The position numbers and the translations under genes are program-made. Below the pieces are notes generated by a model. That model saw only the letters and a list, made by a program, of their open reading frames with translations, was not told the origin of the DNA and did not search any database. Below, in pieces: positions 23,201 through 38,000 of a DNA stretch of 64,000 nt (positions within the stretch are counted from its first letter, which is position 1; every line of letters begins with the position of its first letter). This DNA is from Takakia lepidozioides (taxonomy: Eukaryota > Plantae > Bryophyta). The stretch covers positions 86,862,001-86,926,000 of the forward strand of contig CM060731.1 of the NCBI GenBank assembly GCA_030704615.1. Reading direction: 5' to 3'.

Positions 23201-26200
23201 GGAAGTTGAAGACTCCCACAAGCTGAAACCATACTCCACACATGCACCACTTGCTTCTTAACACCTGAGCTCTTCTTGAACTCCTCAAACCCTGCAACAC
23301 TTGCAGAACAGAGCTTCTTCACAAGCTCTCAAACTTTCAATGATGCTCTTCTTGAAGACCTCCTCTTGTACATAAACACCACAAGATTTTCTTCTTGCAA
23401 ACCCTGCAACAGCTTGTAACTTAAGAGCTATCTATCAAGCTCTTTTCCACACACAAGTGTTAACTATGCTAACACCTTGCACTTATAGATGTAAGCAGGT
23501 CTTCTTCTAGTGATGGAAATGGTGAAAAGAGGAGAAACCATTCTATCACGTTATATAAGTCAAGCCAATGGCACCTTTGCTAAAAGACTCCACCATACAG
23601 ACCTCACCCACTCTCCATCTCAAGTACTAGAGCGAGTTCAATTGGCTCAACTTTTGTTTGACCACATGTTTTTTGAAAGCAGAGGCATAGCCAGTGGGTA
23701 CTTCAGGGCCGAAAATGGCTAAGTCCCTAGAGTGGCTGGCAACCAAAATCGGAAATTCGGCGCCATTTTGCCAGTTCCGGGCCCAGTCAGATCTGGGACT
23801 TAGCCATTTTAGGCCCCGAACTGGTAAAATGGCACCGAAAAAAAAAAAAAAAAAAAAAAAAAAACGCCATTGTTCTAGTTCGGGGCCTAAAATGGCTAAG
23901 TCCCAGATCTGACTGGCACCAAAATCGGAATTTCGGCGCCATTTTTCCAGTTCCGGGCCTAGTCAGATCTGGGACTTAGCCATTTTCGACAAGTAAATGC
24001 AATAAAGTTGCATTTCAAGTCCACTGGTGCCACATTCCAACTTCACATGACCCTATTTCCGTGCCTCCTAACCTTATTTCCGTGGACTTACAATGGTCTG
24101 CTCATGTTTTTTTTTTTTTCCGCTCATGCTCATGCCGCTCATGAAATAGCAGCCCCCTTGCCCCCCCCCCCCCCCCCCCCCACTAGCAAGCCATGGAGGC
24201 TAGGGAGGGTGTGGTTGTATTTTTTTGTCTTGGGGGTTGGGGCGGGCTAATTTCGCTTGACAGCAACTGCCCCAAAAGTTGCGAGCAGCCCGGGAGGAGC
24301 CCGGTGCTGCGCCTAGAGAGTAGGGACTTGATTACTTAAGCGTGGAGGCAGCCGTGGCCCAGCCACGAGGTACGGGCGCGGGACCCCAGCGCTGACCTTA
24401 AGTCGTACTGAGATCAAGTACATCATCCGCGTGGCTCAGGCTTGAGGCTCTGAAGCGTGCGAGCAAGACGCGGGTCTTTACCCCGCTGGATAACCAAAAG
24501 TTAGACGGACCGGTGGACGCTGGAGTTAATCGCAGCGGTCCACGGTTTGGACCGCTACGCGCGGATCTGCGCCCCGCCACGTGGCGGGGGCGTTTTAACC
24601 CAGCGGGCCATGCGTCTACAAATTCCCTTAAAGGGGGGTATTGTTAAGTGAATTTACAACCTTGTGCTAAAATTTCCTTTTAGATGACTTTTAGAACCAA
24701 TTAATGGGAAAGCATGATCTATAAAGAATATTAACACCAATTGATATGGGCTTTGAACTTGAGACCTACTCACGAATATGAGGTGTGAGAATAATTTAAA
24801 AACATTTCAAAACTTTTGTTGTGTCAGGGATCTTAAAACAATGTAAGGGGGTGAAATCTGGCTTGGACCCACCAGTGGTTTTTTATTATTTACGCATGCA
24901 TGTTCTGGACTAACGAATGTAGTTGCAGGGGATGAGCTCTCAGCGAGAATCATTCATCCGATAGGGCCACGGCAGTTCCCCGCGGCAGGGAACGGTTCCC
25001 AGGTGTTCATCGGTTCTCATTGGGTTCCCATAGGGTTCCCAGGGGCATCTTTAGGCACCAATGATATCTTTGGATTCCCCACATGATTTCCTATAGGGGA
25101 GGTATTTTTCCTGATTTTCTTAATTTCTTTTATTTTCCAGCATTTCTGATTTGCGAAATTGCTTAATTAGGATATATGAACGTGGTGCTTGTTATAGCCT
25201 GCAGGGCGTTGATTAAACTGATTGAATTTGTTGAATTGAGGGGCTTAGAACTACCTTATTGAATTGAGTGAACCTATTGGAGGATGATAGACATTTGGCC
25301 ACTCCGTTGCTAAAACAAATATTTAGGCACCGGGGTAGGAAGTGTTGGCCCTTCCATTGAGAGGTGACTTGAACTCAAGCCCTCGGCGAAGGAGGGGCAG
25401 TGGGAGAGGACGATTTTCCCTCTCCTCCCTAGGCTCGGTAGGTGCCTTGTGAAGGGATTAAAACATGTTCCGGCTATAGCGGCTTGGGGGCCTAGACGGT
25501 AGAATTAGACAATAAAATTAGATAGTGATCATAGCCACCATGTACGACCACGGACCCCCTGCACTAACCGCAGTCGGGTAGGCGGTTCAGTGAGCCCAAC
25601 CTACACCGCAACTTACCTCAGCCCCCCTAGACTACTATGTCGTCACCCTGACCGCGCGCGCTCAGGGCTCGTCATATGAATGGCGCGTCTGCCGGGAGGT
25701 AAGTGAATAGTCAGGACTTCTCCAAATTGTTATGGACGAACTAACAATATGCGTTCTCGTCCTGATCTGTTTTTATGCAATACTTTATTAGGAGTTTGGA
25801 TCAGTGTTCATTAAAATTACTAACGCCATGGCAATCATGAAGCTGCAGCATGGCCACCGATCATATGGAAGCCCATCGTTTTTACTTGTCTTTCGAGGCA
25901 CGCGTGGTGGGACTTTACCGTGTTATTTCCGGCACCCGATCCGGCGAAGTGCGAACCGAAGATGCAATCGTAGTTTGTAGGTTAATGCACGGCCGCATAC
26001 TGGACATCGCCGAAGAGTATTGAGGGTATTGGATTTCGGCCAAAGTAGGGCCATTAGGGGACAAGGCTCTCACTGCCCCCATCTCTTCTTTTTTCAGGTT
26101 TAATACACGTTGGCCCGGGTGCTGCCAACCTCCCTTCTTAGGGAATCTCAATGTGCAATCCTCGTTAGAGGCACATCTCGCCTGGCAAGTGGCGTATTTA

Positions 26201-26399
26201 GGGTGTTGCCCCTTGTGTCGCACCATCGCGGACGAAGGCATCGATTTCCATCATCCTCTTCCCACTATTCAGAGGTCTGGGGAGGCCACCTCCTTCTTGA
26301 GCAAAAAGAGCTTTATTGATCTTCCATTTGACTGGATGTGTTGGCTGTTTGGGTGTGGGTTAGAAGATTATCTGGAGGTAGAGGAACGCCTACCTCAAT

Positions 26400-27272
26400 A
26401 CAGACCTGAACAGCAAGGTGACAAGTTATAATGTTAAACCTGAAGGGCCAGAAACTGTCATGGACTTTGATGATTCCATGCCAGTAATCCAATTGAGAAT
26501 TGGAAGCACAGACCTGACTGATGTACTGATAGATGGAGGCTCGGGAGTGAATATCATGACAGACCAATTAAGGCAGAAGCTTGGACTGAGTAACATGAAA
26601 CCAGCCCCATTCACAGTAGCAATGGCAGATCAAATGAGTGTACAGCCATTGGGCTTGATAAGAGGAATAAAGATACAGATTCAGAAGATGATCTTTAAGA
26701 TCGCAGTGACTGTGTTGAAAATGGATGATGTCATGGAAGCTTACTCCTTATTGCTGGGTCAACCATGGCTGAAACAGGCCAGGATATTCCATGATTGGAA
26801 TTCCCAGTTACTGACTGTGCATGATGGGAAGCACAAGATACAGGTCACCACTAAGAAATCTAGTAGGCTACCTGCTACCAGAAGACCTCGAGGAGTCAGA
26901 GAGTATGACTGGAGGGAAGGACTTGATGAAGGGCAGGAGGCTACTCTGTTTGCTGCACACCCAAAGTGGGAGCAGGTTGCAGAAATACAACTCGGAGGAC
27001 TAAGTTGTTTCAAGGGTATATGCTGTGGTGCAGTATCAGCAACACCAATTGAGGGGGAAACAAGCAGTTACCCACCACATTTCTATGAAGAGAGAGAGGG
27101 AGAAATAGAAATCATAGAGGAACCAACCACTGTGAGTTTACAGGATGAAGTAGTGGCTGGATGGACTATCACAGCTGAAGAGCAGGTGAGAGAAGTCAAT
27201 GTGGGAACTGAGAAGGAACCAAGAACAGTGAAAGTTGGGGCTGACTTGGAGCCGGAATTCTTTGAAGAAGCT
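26400..27272 (+). pseudogene. pol: Duplicated gypsy pol fragment (protease and linker)
   Basis: Translation matches the ORF at 35011 up to the duplication junction. Confidence 0.88.
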
Positions 27273-29908
27273 GGGAATATGACTCCCTCCTCCACTGACG
27301 TCCATTGAGGACTTGCCTGATCTCCAGGACGACCTCGGAACTTCCATGACCTCGTCTGAGTCGGACAGGTTGTGAACAACCCGGTTCTGGCTCGTCTTCA
27401 TGGATGGGTTCGGCTCTGGATTTACTTCGTTACGGACTTCTCTCTTTGAGGTAGCCACTCTCTGATTCGCGGATTGTTTCGTGGAAGGCGCCAGGATAGA
27501 AGGTGCATTTGGCGGGCAAATGAAGTCCCCAACAGCCCTGTATATGACGCTGTCCAATGGTGGAACTCGCCATTCCCTGCCATCGCCGAAATCATCGTGG
27601 AGCACAACAATACTGTCGACAACAAGGCCGTTAGAGTCCTTCCTTTCCTCCTCCAAAAAAACCGACCCCGGTTTTCAGGTGGTATCGAACGCACAGATAT
27701 TTCTCCATCACCCGGCAGGTGTCCCCTCTGCACGGAAATGAAGCTCTATGCTCGTGAGGAGGGCAGTACACTGTAGCGCTCGGGTTTTCCGCCATGGGAG
27801 ATGTGCACACAAGACTCCCAGGATGGAGTGCGGGGAAGCTCCCTGGTAGAAGGGGGATGCAGCGATGGGAATGAATGCGATGCCGATTTGTCCGAGCGAC
27901 GAAGCCTGATCCAAATCCAGGGAGCCAACTATCTCAAAAATCCACAGTCAGAGTGTTAATGAACCTTGTCTCCGGAATGCGGCCCCTGGTCTTTGCGCAA
28001 TAACTGCCAACGGTATGCAGTCAGAAAGTGGGGGGCCGTCCGGATGATGACGGCTGAAGGGGAGAAGCCGGCACCGTGCCGTCACATTACTACCCCCGAA
28101 TGGAAATTCGGCACCCAATATCCAACAGGGGAAGCCCGGATGAAGTCGCCTCGGGCGCAGAGGCCGGCGCGTGTGCGACAAAGAACATCCCCTGGATGGA
28201 GATTCGGCGCCGAATTTCCATCCAGCAGGTAAAGGAAGTCGTGTCGGGGGGTCAGGCCGAAAACTGGCCGGCATAAAAACATCCCCAGATGGAAAAACGG
28301 CGCCGAATTTCCATCCGGGGCGGTTCGGATGCAGTCGGGGAGGGGGGAGAGGCCGGCACTTGGCCGTCACATTTCAACCCCCGGACGGAAATTCGGCACC
28401 GAATATCGAACAGGGGACGCCCGGATGAAGTCGCCTCGGGCGTAGAGGTCGGCACGTGTTCGACAGAGAGCATCCCTTGGATGGAGATTCGGCGCCGAAT
28501 TTCCATCCGGGCCCCCCAAGGAAGTCTTGTCGGGGTGTCAGACTGAAAACTGGCCGACATAAAAACCTCCCCAGATGGGAAAACGGCGCCGAATTTCAAT
28601 CCGGGGCCATTCCAATGCGGTTGGGGAGGGGGGAGAGGTCGGCACCTGGCCGTCATATTTCAACCGCCGGACGGAAATTCGGCACCGAATATCCAACAGA
28701 GCGGCGGAGAGGCCGGCACCTCTCCGACAGAGACCAGCCCCCGGATGGAAATTCGGCGCCGAATTTCCACCCAGCAGGTAAGTGCAATCCCGGATGGATG
28801 GAAATCCGGCGCCGAATTTCCATCCGGCAGGTAAGTGAAATCCCGGATCGATCGAAATCCGGCGCCGCATATCCATCCTGCAGGTAATTCGAATCCCGGA
28901 TGGATGGAAATTCGGCGCCGAATTTCCATCCAGCAGGTAAGTGAAATCCCGGATCGATCGAAATCCGGCGCTGCATATCCATCCTGCAGGTAATTCGAAT
29001 CCCGGATGGATGGAAATTCGGCGCCGAATTTCCATCCAGCAGGTAAGTTGAATACCGGATGGATAGAAATCCGGCACCGAATTTCCATCCAGCTGGTAAG
29101 TCGGATCGCTGGCGTATGGATATTCGGCGCCGAATTTCCATTAGGCAGGTATTTCATCGCTGAGAATTACCTTCCTGCAGGTAATTCTGATCGATGAATT
29201 ACCTTCCTGCAGGTAATTCTTATCGACGAAGGTAGGAAGGTAATTCCTCGCTCAGAATTACCTGCAGGAAGGTAATTCATCGCTGAGAATTACCTACAGG
29301 AAGGTAATTCATTGATCAGAATTACCTGCAGGAAGGTAATTCTCAGCGATGAAATACCTGCAGGATGGAAATTCGGCGCCGGATTTCGATCCATCCGGGA
29401 TTCCAGTAACCTGCTGGATGCAAATGCGGCGCCGAATTTCCATCCATCCGGGATTCGAATTACCTGCTGGACGGAAATTCGGCGCCGAATTTCCATCCAT
29501 CCGGGATTCGAATTACCTGCAGGATGGAAATTCGGCGCCGAATTTCCATCCATCCGGGTTTCGAATTACCTGCAGGATAGAAATTCGGCGCCGGATTTCC
29601 ATCCATCCGGGATTCCACTTACCTGTAGGATGGAAATCCGGTGCCGGATCTCCATCCATCCGCTCTCCGACCAACCTTGCGGATGGAAATCCGGTGCCGA
29701 ATTTCCATCCATCCGCTCTTCGAATTACCTGCATGACGGAAATTTTGCGCGCCGACCTAGCTGGCGGATGGAAATTCGGCGCCGGATTTCCATCCATCCG
29801 CTCTTGGAATTACCTGCATGACTGGAAAAATGGCGCCGAATTTCCGATTTTGGTGCAAGTCAGATCTGGGACTTAGCCATTTTCGGCCCCGAAATGGAAA
29901 AATGGCGC

Positions 29909-29945
<37 letters not shown>

Positions 29946-30283
29946 GCCATTTTTCCATGTCGGGGCCGAAAACGGCTAAGTCCCAGATCTGACTGGCACC
30001 CAAAATCGGGAATTCGGCGCCATTTTTCCAGTCATGCAGGTAATTCCAAGAGCGGATGGATGGAAATCCGGCGCCGGATTTTCATCCATCCGCTCTTCGA
30101 ATTACCTGCGCGACGGAAATTTTGCGCGCCGACTTACCTGGTGGATGGAAATCCGGCGCCGGATTTCCATCCATCCGCTCTTGGAATTACCTGCATGACT
30201 GGAAAAATGGCGCCGAATTTCCGATTTTGGTGCAAGTCAGATATGGGACTTAGCCATTTACGGCCCCGAAATGGAAAAAAGGC

Positions 30284-30328
<45 letters not shown>

Positions 30329-32746
30329 GCCATTTTTCCATGTCGGGGCCGAAAACGGCTAAGTCCCAGATCTGGCTGGCACCCAAAATCGGAAATTCGG
30401 CGCCATTTTTCCAGTCATGCAGGTAATTCCAAGAGCGGATGGATGGAAATCCGGCGCCGGATTTTCATCCATCCGCTCTTCGAATTACCTGCATGACGGA
30501 AATTTTGCGCGCCGACTTACCTGGTGGATGGAAATCCGGCGCCGGATTTCCATCCATCCGCTCTTGGAATTACCTGCATGACTGGAAAAAATGGTGCCGA
30601 ATTTCCGATTTTGGTGCAAGTCAGATCTGGGACTTAGCCATTTTCGGCCCCGAAATGGAAAAATGGCGCCAAAAAAAAAAAAAAAAAAAAAAAAACCGCC
30701 ATTTTTCCATGTCGGGGCCGAAAACGGCTTAGTGCCAGATCTGACTGGCATCCAAAATCGGAAATTCGGCGCCATTTTTCCAGTCATGCAGGTAATTCCA
30801 AGAGCGGATGGATGGAAATCCGGCGCCGGATTTTCATCCATCCGCTCTTCGAATTACCTGCATGACGGAAATTTTGCACGCCGACTTACCTGGTGGATGG
30901 AAATCCGGCTCCGGATTTCCATCCATCCGCTCTTCGAATTACCTGCATGACTGGAAAAATGGCGCCGAATTTCCGATTTTGGTGCCAGTCAGATCTGGGA
31001 CTTAGCCATTTTCGGCAACGAAATGGAAAAATGTCGCCGAAAATAAATAAATAAATTTAAAAAAAAAAACGCCATTATTCTTGTTGGGGGCCGAAAACGG
31101 CTAAGTCCCAGATCTGACTGGCACCCAAAATCGGAAATTCGGCGCCATTTTTCCAGTCATGCAGGTAATTCCAAGAGCGGATGGATGGAAATCCGGCGCC
31201 GGATTTTCATCCATCCGCTCTTCGAATTACCTGCATGACGGAAATTTTGCGCGCCGACCTAGCTGGCGGATGGTAATCCGGCGCCGGATTTCCATCCATC
31301 CGCTCTTCGAATTACCTGCATGACTGGAAAAATGGCGCCGAATTTCCGATTTTGGTGCCAGTCAGATCTGGGACTTAGCCATTTTCGGCCCCGAAATGGA
31401 AAAATGGCGCCGAAAATAAAATAAAAAGAAAATAAAAATAAATAAATAAACGCCATTTTTCGAGTTCGTGGCCGAAAACGGCTAAGTCCCAGATCTGACT
31501 GGCACCCAAAATCGGAAATTCGGCGCCATTTTTCCATTTCTGGGCCCAGTCAGATCTGGGACTTAGCCATTTTCGGCCCCGAACTGGATAAATCGCGCCG
31601 GAAAAAAAAAAAAAAAAAAAAAACAAAAACAAAAAAAACCGATATTTTTCTAGTTCCGGGCCGAAAACGGCTAAGTCCCAGATCTGACTGGCACCCAAAA
31701 TCGGAAATTCGGCGCCATTTTTCCAGTTCTGGGCCAAGTCAGATCTGGGACTTAGCCATTTTCGGCCCCGAACAGGAAAAATGGAAGTTGAAGACTCCCA
31801 CAAGCTGAAACCATACTCCACACATGCACCACTTGCTTCCTTAACACCTGAGCTCTTCTTGAACTCCTCAAACCCTGCAACACTTGCAGAACAAGAGCTT
31901 CTTCACAAGCTCTCAAACTTTCAATGATGCTCTTCTTGAAGACCTCCTCTTGTACATAAACACCACAAGATTTTCTTCTTGCAAACCCTGCAACAGCTTG
32001 TAACTTAAGAGCTATCTATCAAGCTCTTTTCCACACACAAGTGTTAACTATGCTAACACCTTGCACTTATAGATGTAAGCAGGTCTTCTTCTAGTGATAC
32101 GGAAATGGTGAAAAGAGGAGAAACCATTCTATCACGTTATATAAGTCAAGCCAATGGCACCTTTGCTAAAAGACTCCACCATACAGACCTCACCCACTCT
32201 CCATCTCAAGTACTAGAGCGAGTTCAATTGGCTCAACTTTTGTTTGACCACATGTTTTTTGAAAGCAGAGGCATAGCCAGTGGGTACTTTCAGGGCCGAA
32301 AATGGCTAAGTCCCTAGAGTGGCTGGCACCAAAATCGGAAATTCGGCGCCATTTTGCCAGTTCCGGGCCCAGTCAGATCTGGGACTTAGCCATTTTAGGC
32401 CCCGAACTGGTAAAATGGCACCGAAAAAAAAAAAAAAAAAAAAAAAAAAAAACGCCATTGTTCTAGTTCGGGGCCTAAAATGGCTAAGTCCCAGATCTGA
32501 CTGGCACCAAAATCGGAAATTCGGCGCCATTTTTCCAGTTCCGGGCCTAGTCAGATCTGGGACTTAGCCATTTTCGACAAGTAAATGCAATAAAATGTTG
32601 CATTTCAAGTCCACTGGTGCCACATTCCAACTTCACATGACCCTATTTCCGTGCCTCCTAACCTTATTTCCGTGGACTTACAATGGTCTGCTCATGTTTT
32701 TTTTTTTTCCGCTCATGCTCATGCCGCTCATGAAATAGCAGCCCCC
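27270..32746 (-). mobile_element. Mutator-like element copy 3 (partial; product of the tandem duplication of copy 2)
   Basis: Only the GGGGGCTGC-type end is present, with the same flank as copy 2; transposase 5' fragment at 27270-27795; arrays at ~28100-31780. Confidence 0.9.
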
Positions 32747-35010
32747 TTGCCCCCCCCCCCCCCCCCCCACTAGCAAGCCATGGAGGCCTAGGGGAGGGTG
32801 TGGTTTGTATTTTTTTGTCTTGGGGTTTGGGCGGGCTAATTTCGCTTGACAGCAACTGCCCCAAAGTTGCGAGCAGCCCGGGAGGAGCCCGGGTGCTGCG
32901 CCTAGAGAGTAGGGACTTGATTACTTAAGCGTGGAGGCAGCCGTGGCCCAGCCACGAGGTACGGGCGCGGGACCCCAGCGCTGACCTTAAGTCGTACTGA
33001 GATCAAGTACATCAGCCGCGTGGCTCAGGCTTGAGGCTCTGAAGCGTGCGAGCAAGACGCGGGTCTTTACCCGCTGGATAACCAAAAGTTGAGACGGACC
33101 GGTGGACGCTGGAGTTAATCGCAGCGGTCCACGGTTTGGACCGCTACGCGCGGATCTGCGCCCCGCCACGTGGCGGGGGCGTTTTACCCAGCGGGCAATG
33201 CGTCTACAAATTCCCTTAAAGGGGGGTATTGTTAAGTGAATTTACAACCTTGTGCTAAAATTTCCTTTTAGATGACTTTTAGAACCAATTAATGGGAAAG
33301 CATGATCTATAAAGAATATTAACACCAATTGATATGGGCTTTGAACTTGAGACCTACTCACGAATATGAGGTGTGAGAATAATTTAAAAACATTTCAAAA
33401 ACTTTTGTTGTGTCAGGGATCTTAAAACAATGTAAGGGGGTGAAATCTGGCTTGGACCCACCAGTGGTTATTTTATTATTTACGCATGCATGTTCTGGAC
33501 TAACGAATGTAGTTGCAGGGATGAGCTCTCAGCGAGAATCATTCATCCGATAGGGCCACGGCAGTTCCCCGCGGCAGGGAACGGTTCCCAGGTGTTCATC
33601 GGTTCTCATTGGGTTCCCATAGGGTTCCCAGGGGCATCTTTAGGCACCAATGATATCTTTGGATTCCCCACATGATTTCCTATAGGGGAGGTATTTTTCC
33701 TGATTTTCTTAATTTCTTTTATTTTCCAGCATTTCTGATTTGCGAAATTGCTTAATTAGGATATATGAACGTGGTGCTTGTTATAGCCTGCAGGGCGTTG
33801 ATTAAACTGATTGAATTTGTTGAATTGAGGGGCTTAGAACTACCTTATTGAATTGAGTGAACCTATTGGAGGATGATAGACATTTTGGCCACTCCGTTGC
33901 TAAAACAAAGTATTTAGGCACCGGGGTAGGAAGTGTTGGCCCTTCCATTGAGAGGTGACTTGAACTCAAGCCCTCGGCGAAGGAGGGGCAGTGGGAGAGG
34001 ACGATTTTCCCTCTCCTCCCTAGGCTCGGTAGGTGCCTTGTGAAGGGATTAAAACATGTTCCGGCTATAGGCGGCTTGGGGGCCTAGACGGTAGAAATTA
34101 GACAATAAAATTAGATAGTGATCATAGCCACCATGTACGACCACGGACCCCCTGCACTAACCGCAGTCGGGTAGGCGGTTCAGTGAGCCCAACCTACACC
34201 GCAACTTACCTCAGCCCCCCTAGACTACTATGTCGTCACCCTGACCGCGCGCGCTCAGGGCTCGTCATATGAATGGCGCGTCTGCCGGGAGGTAAGTGAA
34301 TAGTCAGGACTTCTCCAAATTGTTATGGACGAACTAACAATATGCGTTCTCGTCCTGATCTGTTTTTATGCAATACTTTATTAGGAGTTTGGATCAGTGT
34401 TCATTAAAATTACTAACGCCATGGCAATCATGAAGCTGCAGCATGGCCACCGATCATATGGAAGCCCATCGTTTTTACTTGTCTTTCGAGGCACGCGTGG
34501 TGGGACTTTACCGTGTTATTTCCGGCACCCGATCCGGCGAAGTGCGAACCGAAGATGCAATCGTAGTTTGTAGGTTAATGCACGGCCGCATACTGGACAT
34601 CGCCGAAGAGTATTGAGGGTATTGGATTTCGGCCAAAGTAGGGCCATTAGGGGACAAGGCTCTCACTGCCCCCATCTCTTCTTTTTTCAGGTTTAATACA
34701 CGTTGGCCCGGGTGCTGCCAACCTCCCTTCTTAGGGAATCTCAATGTGCAATCCTCGTTAGAGGCACATCTCGCCTGGCAAGTGGCGTATTTAGGGTGTT
34801 GCCCCTTGTGTCGCACCATCGCGGACGAAGGCATCGATTTCCATCATCCTCTTCCCACTATTCAGAGGTCTGGGGAGGCCACCTCCTTCTTGAGCAAAAA
34901 GAGCTTTATTGATCTTCCATTTGACTGGATGTGTTGGCTGTTTGGGTGTGGGTTAGAAGATTATCTGGAGGTAGAGGAACGCCTACCTCAATACAGACCT
35001 GAACAGCAAG

Positions 35011-38000
35011 GTGACAAGTTATAATGTTAAACCTGAAGGGCCAGAAACTGTCATGGACTTTGATGATTCCATGCCAGTAATCCAATTGAGAATTGGAAGC
35101 ACAGACCTGACTGATGTACTGATAGATGGAGGCTCGGGAGTGAATATCATGACAGACCAATTAAGGCAGAAGCTTGGACTGAGTAACATGAAACCAGCCC
35201 CATTCACAGTAGCAATGGCAGATCAAATGAGTGTACAGCCATTGGGCTTGATAAGAGGAATAAAGATACAGATTCAGAAGATGATCTTTAAGATCGCAGT
35301 GACTGTGTTGAAAATGGATGATGTCATGGAAGCTTACTCCTTATTGCTGGGTCAACCATGGCTGAAACAGGCCAGGATATTCCATGATTGGAATTCCCAG
35401 TTACTGACTGTGCATGATGGGAAGCACAAGATACAGGTCACCACTAAGAAATCTAGTAGGCTACCTGCTACCAGAAGACCTCGAGGAGTCAGAGAGTATG
35501 ACTGGAGGGAAGGACTTGATGAAGGGCAGGAGGCTACTCTGTTTGCTGCACACCCAAAGTGGGAGCAGGTTGCAGAAATACAACTCGGAGGACTAAGTTG
35601 TTTCAAGGGTATATGCTGTGGTGCAGTATCAGCAACACCAATTGAGGGGGAAACAAGCAGTTACCCACCACATTTCTATGAAGAGAGAGAGGGAGAAATA
35701 GAAATCATAGAGGAACCAACCACTGTGAGTTTACAGGATGAAGTAGTGGCTGGATGGACTATCACAGCTGAAGAGCAGGTGAGAGAAGTCAATGTGGGAA
35801 CTGAGAAGGAACCAAGAACAGTGAAAGTTGGGGCTGACTTGGAGCCGGAATTCTTTGAAGAAGCTAAGAGCTTATTTATCAAATACAAGGACGTATTTGA
35901 ATGGAGTTATGAAGACCTGAAGGGGATACCCCCTGAAATATGCCAGCACAAGATTGAGTTGGAACTAGGTTGTATACCAATCAAACAGGCAAGATACAGG
36001 ATGAATCCCAACTATGCACAGAAGGTTGGAGAGGAGATAAAGAAGCTGGCTGAGGCTAAGTTTATATACCCGATAGAGTATACAACTTGGCTATCACCCA
36101 TCGTGATAGTTCCGAAGAAGAATGGCAAACTGAGAGTTTGTGTGAACTATAAGAAGTTGAATGATTGTACAAAGAAAGATCCTTTTCTTTTGCCATTCAC
36201 AGAAGCTGTACTGGACACTGTGGCAGGCCATGAGATGTACTCATTCATGGATGGCTTCAGTGGGTATAACCAAGTACATGTAGCTGAAGAAGACTAGGGA
36301 AAGACTGCTTTCATCACAGACTGGGGTGCTTATGCATACAAAGTCATGCCTTTTGGACTATGTAATGCACCAGCAACTTTCCAAAGAGTGATCAGTGAAT
36401 CTTTCCATGAGTACTTGGATGATTTTATGCAAGTGTTCTTAGATGACTTCAGTGTTTACAGCTCTAAGAACGAGCACTTGCATAAATTGGAGTTATGTTT
36501 GGCCAGATGTAGGATGAGAGGTCTTGGGGCTGAATCTAGAAAAATGTACTTTATGTGTAAACTCAGGAGTTCTTCTGGGACACATTGTGTGTAAGAAGGG
36601 ACTGCTTGTGGATCCTAGAAAGATTGAGGCCATTAAAGCATCCCCACCACCAATAAATGTTAAGGCTCTAAGGAGATTCCTTGGACAAACCAGCTATTAC
36701 AGAAGGTTTGTCAAACGGTATGCACAGATGGCAGCACCATTGAGCAAGCTTTTGAAGAAGGATGCAGTGTTTGCATGGACAGCTGAATGTCAACAGGCTT
36801 TTGAGGAACTTACATTGTCAATAACATCTACACCTGTACTGATTAACCCTCGTTGGCATATGGTATTTCATGTACACTGTGATGCCTCAGGAGAAGCATT
36901 GGGGGTTGTGTTAGCCCAAAATGTCACAGGAAACATAGATTCACCTGTGTATTATGCTAGCAGACTGTTGAACAGTGCTGAAAGGAACTATAGTACCATC
37001 GAAAGAGAAGCCTTGGCACTGATTTATGCAGTCAAGAAGTTCAGGCATTATTTGTTGGGAAAGAAGTTTATGTTCTATGTGGATCATCGAGCTCTGATTT
37101 ATTTGGTGAACAAGCCTTTGATAAGTGGAAGGATAGCAAGATGGCTGATTATACTGCATGAGTTTGAATTCAAAGTTGTTTACAAACCTGGGCATTTGCA
37201 TCTTGTGGCAGATCACTTGTCACGATTTTTCAACAGGAGAGCCCGCCACAGTCCTGAGTTGACGATCAACTGCCTGATGCAGGTTTATTTGCAGTAGAAG
37301 TACAGGGAGCAGATGATTGGATGGATTGGCAGTGGCCAATCAGATATTATTTGACTCATGGACAGTGCCCACCCAGTTATGGGAAGGAGCAGAGGAAAAA
37401 AATAGCTATCAAGGCATTACCATACACTATGATAGGATGAAGATTGTATAAGCTAGGACCTGATGGAGTTCTTAAACGATGCTTGTACCACCATGAGGTA
37501 AATAAAGTTTTGGAAGAAGTTCATAAGGGAGTGGCTGGAGGCCATTTTGCAGAAGAATTACTTGCAGGTTACTGGTGGCCTTGTTTAGAGATGTACACAA
37601 GTATTGTAAGAGCTGTGATCAGTGTCAGAGGCTAGGACTCTTGCAAAGATTGGGGAAGATGGCTTTGCATCCTACAATGCCTACTGAACCATTCCAGAAA
37701 TGGGGATTGGATTTTGTTGGACCAATCAATCCACCAGCCAGGAATACACAGAACAAGTATATAATCACAGCCACTGATTATACCACAAAATGGGTGGAAG
37801 CTAAGGCTCTGAGAGACAACACAGCTAAGTCCACAACAAGGTTCCTGTATGAGAACATTATCACAAGATTTGGCTGTCCTCTGGAATTTATCAGTGACCA
37901 GGGAAGTCATTTCATTAATGAGACCATTGAACTGTTGACTAAGGAATTCATGATTGTGCATATGAAGAGTACAACCTATTACCCACAGGGCAATGGGCAG

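Larger units (their letters stand above)
16674..24157 (-). mobile_element. Mutator-like element copy 2 (subfamily 1, defective)
   Basis: Same TIRs as copy 1; TSD TTGCCCCC at 16666-16673 and 24158-24165 (8 bp, next to a C-run); near-identical to copy 1 but with many 1-bp indels. Confidence 0.92.
18692..35865. repeat. ~8.6-kb direct tandem duplication (18692-27269 / 27270-35865)
   Basis: At 27270 pol (TTTGAAGAAGCT) jumps back into the MULE interior (GCTGGGAATATG) through GCT microhomology; everything downstream then repeats. Confidence 0.93.

Noticed and set aside
24630-25920. Possible LTR after the PPT-like AAAGGGGGGTAT-TGTTAAG, with a PBS-like GGCACGCGTGGTGGGAC near 25897
   Set aside because: No independent second copy, TSD or clean CA-TGG junction; the only repeat is the tandem duplication.
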